Positions 1 through 8,184 of a stretch of 64,000 nt of DNA are shown here, piece after piece (within the stretch, counting starts at the first letter, position 1; every line of letters begins with the position of its first letter). The position numbers and the translations under genes are program-made. Origin of the DNA: an uncultured Pseudomonadota bacterium. GTDB lineage: Bacteria > Babelota > Babeliae > Babelales > CAIQNR01. A model generated the notes under the pieces. The model made no database searches. It was given only the letters and a program-made list of their open reading frames with translations, and was not told where the DNA came from. The stretch lies in assembly GCA_964606885.1 (NCBI GenBank), contig CAZSHB010000003.1, forward strand, positions 8,539 through 72,538. The letters run 5' to 3'.

Positions 1-37
1 TAATTGCGCATGGACTAACCAAACAAGGAACCGTTGT

Positions 38-694
38 ATGATGCTTTTTCCCTCGTTAATAAGTCAAAACAGGCACGAACTTACCGAACAAATGAACATA
101 CTTACTCCGTATTGCCATGGATTTCATGTTGACATTATGGATGGCACGTTTGTCAGCAACACGTCTGGTAGTGTTGAACTAACGCACTTCATACGCGCGC
201 ATACACACATGCCATTATGGGTACACTTGATGGTTGAAGATCCTCTTGCGTACATCAACCAACTCAATCTACAACCGGGGGATAGTGTCACCTTTCATAC
301 AGAAGCAGTTAAAGAAAACAGCCCTCTTATAGAAGCACTAGAACACAAACGTTTAGAACCCGGCATCGCTATCAGTCCCAACACTCCTCTGAGCAGCATG
401 ACCAATTTCTGCACGCTTGTTGGACAAATTACCTTAATGACCGTGCAACCAGGCGCATCAGGTCAAGCCTTTATTCCCGAGATGTACAAAAAAATTGAAC
501 TGCTTAATGCACTACGCGCATCACAAGAATGTTCATTCTCGCTTGCTGTTGATGGCGGCATCACGCTTGATATTGCAAAAAAACTTATCTATTACGGCGT
601 TAATAAAATTGCCGTTGGTGCTGCTATTATGCAGGCTTCTAATCCTGTAGAAATGGCAAAGAAATTTCTAGAACTATCCGATTTTGATGAATAA
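38..694 (+). CDS. rpe: ribulose-phosphate 3-epimerase
   Basis: 218-aa ORF of the typical length for this enzyme. 'FHVDIMDGTFVSN' and the C-terminal 'AVDGGI' match the Rpe TIM-barrel signatures. Confidence 0.85.
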   Translation: MMLFPSLISQNRHELTEQMNILTPYCHGFHVDIMDGTFVSNTSGSVELTHFIRAHTHMPLWVHLMVEDPLAYINQLNLQPGDSVTFHTEAVKENSPLIEALEHKRLEPGIAISPNTPLSSMTNFCTLVGQITLMTVQPGASGQAFIPEMYKKIELLNALRASQECSFSLAVDGGITLDIAKKLIYYGVNKIAVGAAIMQASNPVEMAKKFLELSDFDE

Positions 695-899
695 AAAAGG
701 CACACTTTTTTAACACGCTTTTCATACACTTCTGATCTTTTATTACGAACACCCTAAAACCAATAAGCGGCACATCAATACATACTCCCTGTGCTTATTT
801 TATTTATTTTTGAGCTTATAACAAAACAATTATTGCATCCAGAGAGGCATATGCGGTAGCCTATAAGTAGAAAAGGTCTTTAAAAATGGAAGGTAATCT

Positions 900-1031
900 A
901 TGAAGAAAAAAGTAATGTACCGTATCTTAATAGTCATGGTGTTATTAATTGGTACCAAGAAGCTCTTACCGTATGTATGGGGCAACAGCTTGAATACCAT
1001 TTTAACCGTGAAATTTTTTGAAGGCTGGTAA
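900..1031 (+). CDS. candidate small membrane protein (43 aa)
   Basis: My own translation gives MKKKVMYRILIVMVLLIGTKKLLPYVWGNSLNTILTVKFFEGW. A 'ggaagg' sits about 8 nt upstream of the ATG and there is one hydrophobic helix. It lies in the 450-nt rpe/ldh convergent spacer. No homology evidence. Confidence 0.2.
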   Translation: MKKKVMYRILIVMVLLIGTKKLLPYVWGNSLNTILTVKFFEGW

Positions 1032-1151
1032 CGCTCTTCCCGCAGTATCTGCAGCCACTTCACCATTCATTATTTCCAAGCAAAAGACACCGGAACTGAT
1101 CCGCTTACTTTTTGATAATGCTTAGCATGCATCTTAAATCTCTCAATACTA

Positions 1152-2063
1152 TTAAAGAGATAGATACTGTTCATGTAACAGTTGTGCACTTGCAATGAGT
1201 TGTTTTTGTTCTTGTGGCAACAACGGTGTATGCATAATACGCTCTACACCCTGTGCACCTAATAACACAGGCATACTCAAGCAAACGTTCAATTCTTTAA
1301 CAAAACAAGAAACAGGATAAATCCGTTTTGCATCATCAAGAATAGCCTTACAGTACATTGTAACAGCTGTAGCAATACCAAACTCTGTAAACCCTTTAGA
1401 CGCTATAAGATCGTACGCTTTATGCTTTGTATGCGTTGCTATGTCTTGTAACACCGTTTCATTAATTGACGGAAAAGAACTTAACGGCAAACCACCTACA
1501 CGCACGGTAGACCATGCAATAAATTGACTATCCCCATGTTCTGCGAGCACGTATCCTTCTATAGATGCAGGATTAATAGCTAAATATTTTCCTAACAATC
1601 CGCGCATACGAAACGAATCTAATAATGTTCCAGAACCAAATACCTGAGTAACAGGCAACCCCGAAATGCCTTGTACATACCGCGTTAAAATATCTACAGG
1701 GTTGGTCACAACAATGATAATACTATCGCGCTTAATGGGTTGTAATTCTGTAATAATAGAATTCATAACATCGTGATTTGTCTTAAGAAGTTCAAGACGT
1801 GTTTGCCCCGGTTTTTGAGCAACACCTGCCGTGATGATAATAATATCTGCTTGTGCCGCTTGCTTAAAAGTGGCCGCTGTTACTGATGTTGTGCGACTTA
1901 CAGAAAGTGCATCTTCAAGATCTTGCACTTCGCCTTTACACTTGTTCTGATTAGTGTCGACCATAAGAATGTGTGCCGCTATTCCATGCGCTATACAGGC
2001 ATATGCTGTTGTTGATCCGACTCCACCTGTACCTATAATTGCTATTGTTGATTGCTTCATCAA
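1152..2063 (-). CDS. ldh: L-lactate dehydrogenase
   Basis: Rossmann motif 'IAIIGTGGVGST', plus 'ITAGVAQKPGQTRLELL' with Gln at the substrate-discriminating position (LDH type, not MDH type). 'VTNPVDILT' and 'AEHGDSQF' are also present. Confidence 0.85.
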   Translation of the reverse strand: MMKQSTIAIIGTGGVGSTTAYACIAHGIAAHILMVDTNQNKCKGEVQDLEDALSVSRTTSVTAATFKQAAQADIIIITAGVAQKPGQTRLELLKTNHDVMNSIITELQPIKRDSIIIVVTNPVDILTRYVQGISGLPVTQVFGSGTLLDSFRMRGLLGKYLAINPASIEGYVLAEHGDSQFIAWSTVRVGGLPLSSFPSINETVLQDIATHTKHKAYDLIASKGFTEFGIATAVTMYCKAILDDAKRIYPVSCFVKELNVCLSMPVLLGAQGVERIMHTPLLPQEQKQLIASAQLLHEQYLSL

Positions 2064-2110
2064 TCTACCTTTTTTATTTTTTAGAAGTTACTGGTAAAAG
2101 AAATATACCA

Positions 2111-2142
2111 TAAAAAACCCCGGAAGTTTCCGAGGTTTTTTT
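2111..2142 (-). terminator. rho-independent terminator (A/T runs on both sides)
   Basis: Hairpin ccccgga-agtt-tccgagg with one mismatch, flanked by an A-run (2112-2117) and a T-run (2136-2142). It lies directly downstream of the minus-strand ORF 2166..2480. Confidence 0.45.
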
Positions 2143-2165
2143 ATTATAACATGAATATTTAAAAA

Positions 2166-2480
2166 TCATGCACGGTAAACACGTACAGCACAAACCACAG
2201 TACTAATAGCGCTAGCAACAAGTAATCTTTGATATATTTCCTCTTCCGTAGCATCTTGTGTCGCCATGAATGCTTTAAAAGAGGCACAACATACTCCCGC
2301 ACTTACTAATCCTGTCAATCCCCATGCAGCTTTTTCACCCATAGTTGCGTCTACCCAACGCTTAAAGGGAAAATGGCCATACGAAACTTTAACTGCCACC
2401 GTTGGCAATGTTTTTAAAGTATCTGATCCTACAACATCTGGCGCAAAGGCAACCATTCCTAATAGTAGCAACTTCTTCAT
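2166..2480 (-). CDS. hypothetical small secreted/membrane protein
   Basis: 104 aa with N-terminal signal-like 'MKKLLLLGMVAFA' and two further hydrophobic segments. No recognisable family. Confidence 0.5.
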   Translation of the reverse strand: MKKLLLLGMVAFAPDVVGSDTLKTLPTVAVKVSYGHFPFKRWVDATMGEKAAWGLTGLVSAGVCCASFKAFMATQDATEEEIYQRLLVASAISTVVCAVRVYRA

Positions 2481-2516
2481 ATCTTATATTTCGTTTTTAA
2501 CATTCCATCTTAATAG

Positions 2517-2888
2517 CTACTTGCTAGGCGCATCATCAGCTTGAATATTACGTAGTCCCCAACGAGCCGCATGAATAGCGCATATTCCCGTTGCTACAGT
2601 CACCGCACTACCTGCTGCTACTACCCCTAGAGTAAAAAGAGCAGGAGCTCCTCGTAATGAAAAATCCAAAGTACGTACAGCGACACGCAACGAACTGTGA
2701 GCACACCCACTTGCAAGCAATAATTGCAAGGCACCAGCAGCTTGCTGCTGAGTTGGAACAACAAAAGGTACCGTACTCTTAGTTTCTGCAAAGAATTTTT
2801 TTTCTTTATCATGATCACAATCTGCCGCACTATTTTTTGCTACACACGTTGCAAGCAGTAACACCATACTTATTTTTTTAAATTGCAT
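2517..2888 (-). CDS. hypothetical small secreted/membrane protein
   Basis: The ORF is open to 2924. I prefer the internal Met that gives the signal-like N-terminus 'MQFKKISMVLLLATCVA'. The C-terminal half is Gly/Ala-rich and hydrophobic. No family recognised. Confidence 0.45.
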   Translation of the reverse strand: MQFKKISMVLLLATCVAKNSAADCDHDKEKKFFAETKSTVPFVVPTQQQAAGALQLLLASGCAHSSLRVAVRTLDFSLRGAPALFTLGVVAAGSAVTVATGICAIHAARWGLRNIQADDAPSK

Positions 2889-3181
2889 TTTTATATCTTT
2901 TATAAAGCCGTAAAGATCAAACAATAGACGACAGTAAGTATAGGCATACTTCGCACTTTGTTCATAATATTTTTATTACTACCTCAAGAGTTGGTTTACA
3001 CTCGATAAAGCGCAGTTAGCCCAGCCTTCGTTTCAGTCTTCACCAAGGTTTCGACGAGCACGTAAAAACTACAGCGGGCAGACTTCGATGGTTCTACTAA
3101 TATTTATGGTTCCACCTCAAAAACAATTGGCATGCCAGACGTAGCCTCTCGCCTCGGCATAGCCTTTCGGCGGAGCCTGGG

Positions 3182-3200
3182 TGGCGAAGTCTGGTGTACC
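3182..3200. repeat. distal copy of the tRNA-Arg 3'-end/flank repeat (att-like)
   Basis: 'tggcgaagtctggtgtacc' matches 3893..3911 'tggcgaagtatggtgtgcc' at 17 of 19 positions. The proximal copy spans the last 9 nt of tRNA-Arg plus 10 nt of its flank. Confidence 0.5.
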
Positions 3201-3394
3201 ATAGCAGACTATTTTTGTAACTTTCAGGTTGAAAGTAGCACATTATTTAGTTTACCATTCGACAGTTACTTATGGCCACATAACTATAACCACACAAGAT
3301 AGAATATCAATTCCAATCATGATACTATTAAAATCATAAATTTTACGATTTATAAAGAATAAACCTAACAATAACTATTAGAAGAAATGAAATA

Positions 3395-3736
3395 ATGATT
3401 AATTTACCAAAGTGCCCAAAATGTAGTTCAGAGTATACTTATGAAGATAATGGAATTTTGATTTGTCCAGAATGTGCTCATGAGTGGAACAGAGAAATAG
3501 AAAGTGACAATGCTGAAAATAAAAAGATTGTCAAAGATGCGAATGGAAATATCTTGAATAATGGTGACTCTGTAATACTCATAAAAGATCTTAAAATAAA
3601 AGGAAGTTCATCGGTCATAAAAGCTGGTACAAAAGTAAAAAATATACGGTTAGTCGATGAAGATCATAATATTGATTGCAAAATTGATGGATTTGGGAAG
3701 ATGGGTTTGAAATCTGAGTTTGTCAAAAAAATTTAG
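3395..3736 (+). CDS. PhnA/YjdM-family zinc-ribbon protein
   Basis: 113 aa with an N-terminal zinc ribbon '[25 protein letters not shown]'. The C-terminal '[31 protein letters not shown]...[22 protein letters not shown]' is typical of the PhnA C-terminal domain. Confidence 0.8.
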   Translation: MINLPKCPKCSSEYTYEDNGILICPECAHEWNREIESDNAENKKIVKDANGNILNNGDSVILIKDLKIKGSSSVIKAGTKVKNIRLVDEDHNIDCKIDGFGKMGLKSEFVKKI

Positions 3737-3892
3737 CAAAACTACCTTAGAAAACGCTGAGCCCCCAAACACAAACTTTCGCCTTGGCGAAGTATCTAAT
3801 GCAAATATTTTTATCTAGGACTGCCCTACTACGTTAAAACTTCGAAGGGCATACTTCGCTATCAAATCATTATGGTTTACCATACGAAGCCT

Positions 3893-3911
3893 TGGCGAAG
3901 TATGGTGTGCC
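3893..3911. repeat. proximal copy of the tRNA-Arg 3'-end/flank repeat (att-like)
   Basis: See 3182..3200. This copy overlaps the 3' terminus of the tRNA at 3903..3979. Confidence 0.5.
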
Positions 3912-3979
3912 CGGCTGGATTCGAACCAGCGACCTACAGATTAGAAGTCTGTCGCTCTATCCAACTGAGCTACGGGCAC
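3903..3979 (-). tRNA. tRNA-Arg (anticodon UCU), CCA encoded
   Basis: The reverse complement GTGCCCGTAGCTCAGTTGGATAGAGCGACAGACTTCTAATCTGTAGGTCGCTGGTTCGAATCCAGCCGGGCACACCA folds as a cloverleaf. Acceptor is GTGCCCG/CGGGCAC, anticodon stem ACAGA/TCTGT, loop CTTCTAA, and T-arm GCTGG-TTCGAAT-CCAGC. Confidence 0.95.
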
Positions 3980-4023
3980 AGACAAGAACCACTAGTATAG
4001 AAGAACCGTGGCTTATTTTCAAA

Positions 4024-5535
4024 TCAAATACGAGATTCTGGCGCTACAAACAACGCTTTGAACTCTGTTGTAATCGTTTTAAGCTCTTTAAGCGTCTTTT
4101 CTGATATATCTTTAGTTGTAAAAATTTCTTGATACAAGCCTGGATACACCGATTCTACGTAACTAATATACTGCTGAATGAAAACCTGAATGTCAGGCAA
4201 AGCCAAACTATTTAAATAACCTTCTTGCAACACAAACAACATAAGTGCCTGTTGTACAAATGAATAAGTCTTAAACTGGTGTTGCTTTAACACCTCTGTT
4301 GCACGCTGCCCTTGAGCAATACGTCGTTGCGCTTCTTTATCAAGATCAGTACCAAACTGAGAGAAATCGAGCAAATCACGATACTGTGCAAGTTCTAACC
4401 CCAGCGTCTTGGTCATCTTTTTCATAGCTTTTGTTTGAGCGGCACCACCAACACGAGATACCGAAAGACCGATATTAACCGCAGGTCGAATACCATTCTT
4501 AAACAACTGATCATCTAAAAATATCTGACCATCAGTAATAGAAATTAAGTTGGTAGGGATATACGCCGTGATATCATCACCTTGTACCTGAATAATAGGC
4601 AACGCCGTCATAGACCCACCCTTAAGAACCTTACCGGCCCGTTCAAGTAAACGAGAATGGAGATAGAACACATCCCCTGGGTACGCTTCACGTCCTGGTG
4701 GACGGCGTAAAAGTAACGACATTTCACGGTATGCAACAGCGTGGTTACTTAAATTGTCGTACACAATTAACACGTCGCGCTTTTGATCTCTAAAATATTC
4801 GCCAATTGTACAGCCAACATACGGCGCTAAATACTGACACAACACCGCATCACTAGCATCCGCACTGATAACCACAGTGTATTCAAGCGCGCCTTTTTCT
4901 TTAAGCAATCTAATGGTTTCTGCCAAGCTTGCCTGACGTTGACCAATAGACACGTAAATACACAGAACGTTTTTATCTTTTTGATGCAAAATAGTATCAA
5001 GCGCAATAGCCGTTTTACCGGTACTTCTATTACCAATTAACAATTCACGCTGGCCTTTACCAAGCGGTATTAATGCATCAATAGCAAGAATGCCTGTCTC
5101 GAGCGATTCGTTCACCGGAGATCGTTCTATAACACCTGGAGCAGCCGCTTCAATAGGCCGCCATGCAGTAGGTTTAATATCCCCAAGACCATCAATAGGT
5201 TTACCAACAGCATTAATAACACGCCCTAATAACTGCTCGCCTACAGGCGCTTTAAATACTTTTTTAGTACGCGTAACAACTTCTAATTCTTTAATAGCGA
5301 TTGCTGGATACAACACAAAAACGGAAACAAAACTTTCTTGCAGATCCAAAACAATCCCGCGATTTCCATTTTCAAATTCAACGACTTCATTGTAAACAGC
5401 TTTTTCAAGACCATGAACACGGCATATACCGTCTCCTACTTGGACAACAATCCCAATTTCTTGGAGTTGTTCCTGTGGCGCATCCGAAAGCGCTTTTTCA
5501 AATAAAGAAACAAGATCGGTACTTTTAATGTCCAT
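4024..5535 (-). CDS. atpA: F1 ATP synthase subunit alpha
   Basis: 503 aa with 'GDGICRVHGL', 'GRVINAVGKPIDGLG', the P-loop 'GNRSTGKTAIALDTI', 'REAYPGDVFYLHSRLLERA' and 'ITDGQIFL'. Confidence 0.95.
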   Translation of the reverse strand: MDIKSTDLVSLFEKALSDAPQEQLQEIGIVVQVGDGICRVHGLEKAVYNEVVEFENGNRGIVLDLQESFVSVFVLYPAIAIKELEVVTRTKKVFKAPVGEQLLGRVINAVGKPIDGLGDIKPTAWRPIEAAAPGVIERSPVNESLETGILAIDALIPLGKGQRELLIGNRSTGKTAIALDTILHQKDKNVLCIYVSIGQRQASLAETIRLLKEKGALEYTVVISADASDAVLCQYLAPYVGCTIGEYFRDQKRDVLIVYDNLSNHAVAYREMSLLLRRPPGREAYPGDVFYLHSRLLERAGKVLKGGSMTALPIIQVQGDDITAYIPTNLISITDGQIFLDDQLFKNGIRPAVNIGLSVSRVGGAAQTKAMKKMTKTLGLELAQYRDLLDFSQFGTDLDKEAQRRIAQGQRATEVLKQHQFKTYSFVQQALMLFVLQEGYLNSLALPDIQVFIQQYISYVESVYPGLYQEIFTTKDISEKTLKELKTITTEFKALFVAPESRI

Positions 5536-5543
5536 GAAAATCC

Positions 5544-6086
5544 TTAACGCTTTAAAAGCTGTTCTAATCTACGTAATTTTTTATCAACAGAATCTTCCCA
5601 TCGCAACGTACTTGTTTGGCAACAAATTCCCGCTATAAGATTGGGATTTACCCTGTATTCAAAACTGAGCGTAGCTTCTGTCTGTTGCTGTAAACAGCGT
5701 TCTATACTCATTTTTTCTTGATCTGATAATACACTTGAACTAGCAACTTGGCACTCATCAATCTTAGCAAGACGTTTGTACAAATCAGCTATTTGCGTAA
5801 ATACTTCTCCTAAGAGTGAACCTCTTTTGTGTTCAACCACTAAGGCAATAATTTTCCCTGAAGATTCTGGCAAACCACATGCACGCACAATACGATGAAT
5901 TTCTTTAAGTTTTAGTTCTTTGCTCATCACACTCAGATCAAGCAAAAAACCTATGCGCGCGTTTTTAAGAAAAATATCTGCCGCACGCTCAAACGAATGG
6001 TATGACGTTATCGTTAGCGTATCAAAAAAGAGATCGAGGTACGCTCGCGCATAACGGCGAGCTAAGATGATTGCGCCTTTATCCAT
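5544..6086 (-). CDS. atpH: F1 ATP synthase subunit delta (OSCP)
   Basis: It sits between the b subunits and alpha. The N-terminal 'ARRYARAYLDLF' is OSCP-like. The start is set at the internal ATG forming a TAATG junction with the upstream stop; the ORF is open to 6116. Confidence 0.65.
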   Translation of the reverse strand: MDKGAIILARRYARAYLDLFFDTLTITSYHSFERAADIFLKNARIGFLLDLSVMSKELKLKEIHRIVRACGLPESSGKIIALVVEHKRGSLLGEVFTQIADLYKRLAKIDECQVASSSVLSDQEKMSIERCLQQQTEATLSFEYRVNPNLIAGICCQTSTLRWEDSVDKKLRRLEQLLKR

Positions 6087-6580
6087 TACCGTACACCTTG
6101 CGTCATGTGTTGGCATGCTTGAGCAATTGCGTGACGCTGTGCCTCAGGAGACTGATACTGAGCGATGAGATGTTGACGGACCTGCTCTAACACCTCAGGA
6201 AGCAATTCTTTTTGCGTATCGTGCAAGATAACCGCTTGTTCTTGTGCTGCCGTATATAATACTAGTTGTTGCTTAAGAGCGAGGCATTCTTGACGAGTTA
6301 TATGTTTTTTATCTTCTTCTTTTTTGAACCAAATAGCGATAGATGCAACCAGATGATTGCCATATGCTTCCTGATCAAGAATATCTTGATCAAGCTTCTG
6401 CGCTTGCTGTTTTGTAGTAACTACACTGTGCTGCAATGCGTAGAACGCATCTTTTTTATGTTGCATAGCCTGTGCTAATGCTGGTGATCCGTATTTTCTA
6501 TACACATACCGCAGACAAGCACACAGAAAAACAAAGTTAATTAGCTCAAAAAAACGCTCGTATAAAAGACTAATACCCAT
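6086..6580 (-). CDS. atpF: F0 ATP synthase subunit b-type (b or b-prime)
   Basis: One N-terminal TM helix followed by a long charged helical region, positioned upstream of delta. The start is set at the Met preceded by 'aagga'; the ORF is open to 6598. Confidence 0.6.
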   Translation of the reverse strand: MGISLLYERFFELINFVFLCACLRYVYRKYGSPALAQAMQHKKDAFYALQHSVVTTKQQAQKLDQDILDQEAYGNHLVASIAIWFKKEEDKKHITRQECLALKQQLVLYTAAQEQAVILHDTQKELLPEVLEQVRQHLIAQYQSPEAQRHAIAQACQHMTQGVR

Positions 6581-6944
6581 CAGAAATCCTTGTTGCAATA
6601 AGCTGAGCAGTGGCGTGTTGTAGATCTTTTTTTTCTTGTGATGTTAATGCAGAGACGTCTGTCGGTTGGTGCGGTAGATTACACGCGCCAGTTGAACTAC
6701 CAGTCAACGTCGGCGCTCCCCGAACAAACAACAACTGAAAATCAAACCAACGATCTTGTTTATATCGCTTTTTAACTGCCACCTGATGTTCATAATGCTC
6801 TATACTTTTTTGTACGGTCTGCTGAGCAACGTCTTCTTGTAACGCAACGGCAACGATCGGCTTTAGTAAAAACCGATTTAAAAACCACCAAGCCCAAAGA
6901 AACGAAACAATCTGTACAAGCAGCGTACCATTAATAGAGATCAT
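6570..6944 (-). CDS. F0 ATP synthase subunit b-type (b or b-prime)
   Basis: 'INGTLLVQIVSFLWAWWFLNRFLLKPIVAVAL' matches the N-terminal pattern of b subunits. It lies between subunit c and the second b-type gene. Confidence 0.6.
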   Translation of the reverse strand: MISINGTLLVQIVSFLWAWWFLNRFLLKPIVAVALQEDVAQQTVQKSIEHYEHQVAVKKRYKQDRWFDFQLLFVRGAPTLTGSSTGACNLPHQPTDVSALTSQEKKDLQHATAQLIATRISDGY

Positions 6945-6968
6945 GCCAACCTCTTAGACTTTTTGTAA

Positions 6969-7211
6969 TTAGCTATAAAAAACAAGAAGTAAAGCAACAA
7001 TAAACGCATAGATTGCTGATGTTTCTACAAGAATCATCGCTAACACCATGGTACTGCGCACTTGTTGTGAACTTTCAGGATACTTCCCGATACTTTCACA
7101 CGCCTTGGTACCAATTAATCCTTGCCCGATTGCAGGCCCGACTGTACCAACGCCCATCGCAATTGCTGCGCCCAGAAAGGCAGCGGCTTTTGCGTAGAAT
7201 ACTCCTTCCAT
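6969..7211 (-). CDS. atpE: F0 ATP synthase subunit c
   Basis: 80-aa helical hairpin with the glycine-rich helix 1 'GAAIAMGVGTVGPAIGQG' and the carboxylate-bearing helix 2 'MILVETSAIYAFIVALLL'. Confidence 0.9.
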   Translation of the reverse strand: MEGVFYAKAAAFLGAAIAMGVGTVGPAIGQGLIGTKACESIGKYPESSQQVRSTMVLAMILVETSAIYAFIVALLLVFYS

Positions 7212-7246
7212 GAAGACACCCTTCTTGATTTAAGATAAGTATAATT

Positions 7247-7274
7247 TTTATACGTAAAAAGCAGTGTAGCTCAA
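7247..7274 (-). promoter_or_regulatory. candidate sigma70-type promoter for the atp cluster
   Basis: The minus strand reads TTGAGC-16 nt-TATAAA about 35 nt upstream of the atpE ATG. It lies in the 75-nt gap after the upstream kinase gene. Confidence 0.35.
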
Positions 7275-7286
7275 TTTTTCATTTGT

Positions 7287-8021
7287 TTACAAGCAAACTC
7301 GGGAAAAGCCTTTGTTTTCTTGAGTAATTTGATGTTTTTGTATGAATGAAGCTATTGCTTCAAGGTGCTGCGTAAAGTAACGAGTGTCATGTTCAAAGTC
7401 ATCATTACAAGACAAAACAAGCACGGGAACTTCTTTAATATGAGCCGCAACGCCTTCTTTTTTAAGCAACCAGCTTTCATGTTTATCATGCAGCGACTGT
7501 AAATAAGATAATGGCACACTCACTTCTTCTTGGCGCGCTCTCTTTTTTAAACGAGAAAAACAAACTTCAGGATCCGTCTGTAAATAAATAAATCCGGTCG
7601 GTTGAGGGGCATAATTTTCTACTAACCAAGAAAACCAGTCTTGATATAACTGCCATTCAAGATTGCTCATAGCACCCATCTCAAAGCAATTTTTTGCAAA
7701 ACAGTACCGATCAGAGTAAACCGAGCGTTCAATAATTTGAGTAATATCCGGGTATTCAAAAGAGTATTTTTGCTGTTCCATAATACGCGTAATAAACGCA
7801 TATGATTGGAACGTATAGGCCCAACGAGGAATGTCGTTGTAAAAACGCTCTAAAAGGTTCTCGCCCCCACCCACGTCTTGCCACTTAGTATGTGGCTCAT
7901 ACACAACTTGCACAGGCAGTTGTTCGCCCACTAAACGTAAGAAGGTAGACTTACCTGAACCGATGTTTCCTTCAACAATAAAGTTATCCGGACCCTTTTT
8001 TAAACGAATGCTATTCTGCAT
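7287..8021 (-). CDS. deoxynucleoside kinase (dCK/dGK/dNK family)
   Basis: P-loop 'IVEGNIGSGKSTFLRLV', 'ERSVYSDRYCFAKN' and the lid-region 'RLKKRARQEE'. Typical of the dNK family. Confidence 0.85.
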   Translation of the reverse strand: MQNSIRLKKGPDNFIVEGNIGSGKSTFLRLVGEQLPVQVVYEPHTKWQDVGGGENLLERFYNDIPRWAYTFQSYAFITRIMEQQKYSFEYPDITQIIERSVYSDRYCFAKNCFEMGAMSNLEWQLYQDWFSWLVENYAPQPTGFIYLQTDPEVCFSRLKKRARQEEVSVPLSYLQSLHDKHESWLLKKEGVAAHIKEVPVLVLSCNDDFEHDTRYFTQHLEAIASFIQKHQITQENKGFSRVCL

Positions 8022-8184
8022 ATTCTTACGTCTCTTTACGATATAAAAAAGCCCTAAACCCGGCTATTTTGTGTTATTTATCCAAATAGAGTATACTGGC
8101 TTGCCTTGACGGGCAATCTGATGAAACAGCTCTATTTCCTGTCTATAAAAAAGAGTATAAACAAGCAAAAGAAAACTAGAAGAC

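Noticed and set aside
830-1066. 78-aa minus-strand ORF in the rpe/ldh spacer
   Set aside because: It has no RBS, an odd composition and no recognisable features. It overlaps a slightly more plausible 43-aa plus-strand ORF, which I list only at low confidence.
3047-3058. 'ggtttcgacgag', resembling the conserved 5' 'GGnUUCGACG' of tmRNA, inside the 470-nt non-coding stretch
   Set aside because: There is no GGGG acceptor 5' end, no T-arm/ACCA 3' end on either strand within 500 nt, and no plausible tag reading frame ending in hydrophobic residues plus a stop.
3892-4104. 70-aa plus-strand ORF
   Set aside because: It runs straight through tRNA-Arg (3903..3979, minus) and into the 3' end of atpA, so it is spurious.
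4827-5528. ORFs 4827..5036(-), 5090..5395(+) and 5301..5528(+) within atpA
   Set aside because: These are alternative-frame or antisense ORFs inside a confidently identified atpA. They have no motifs of their own.
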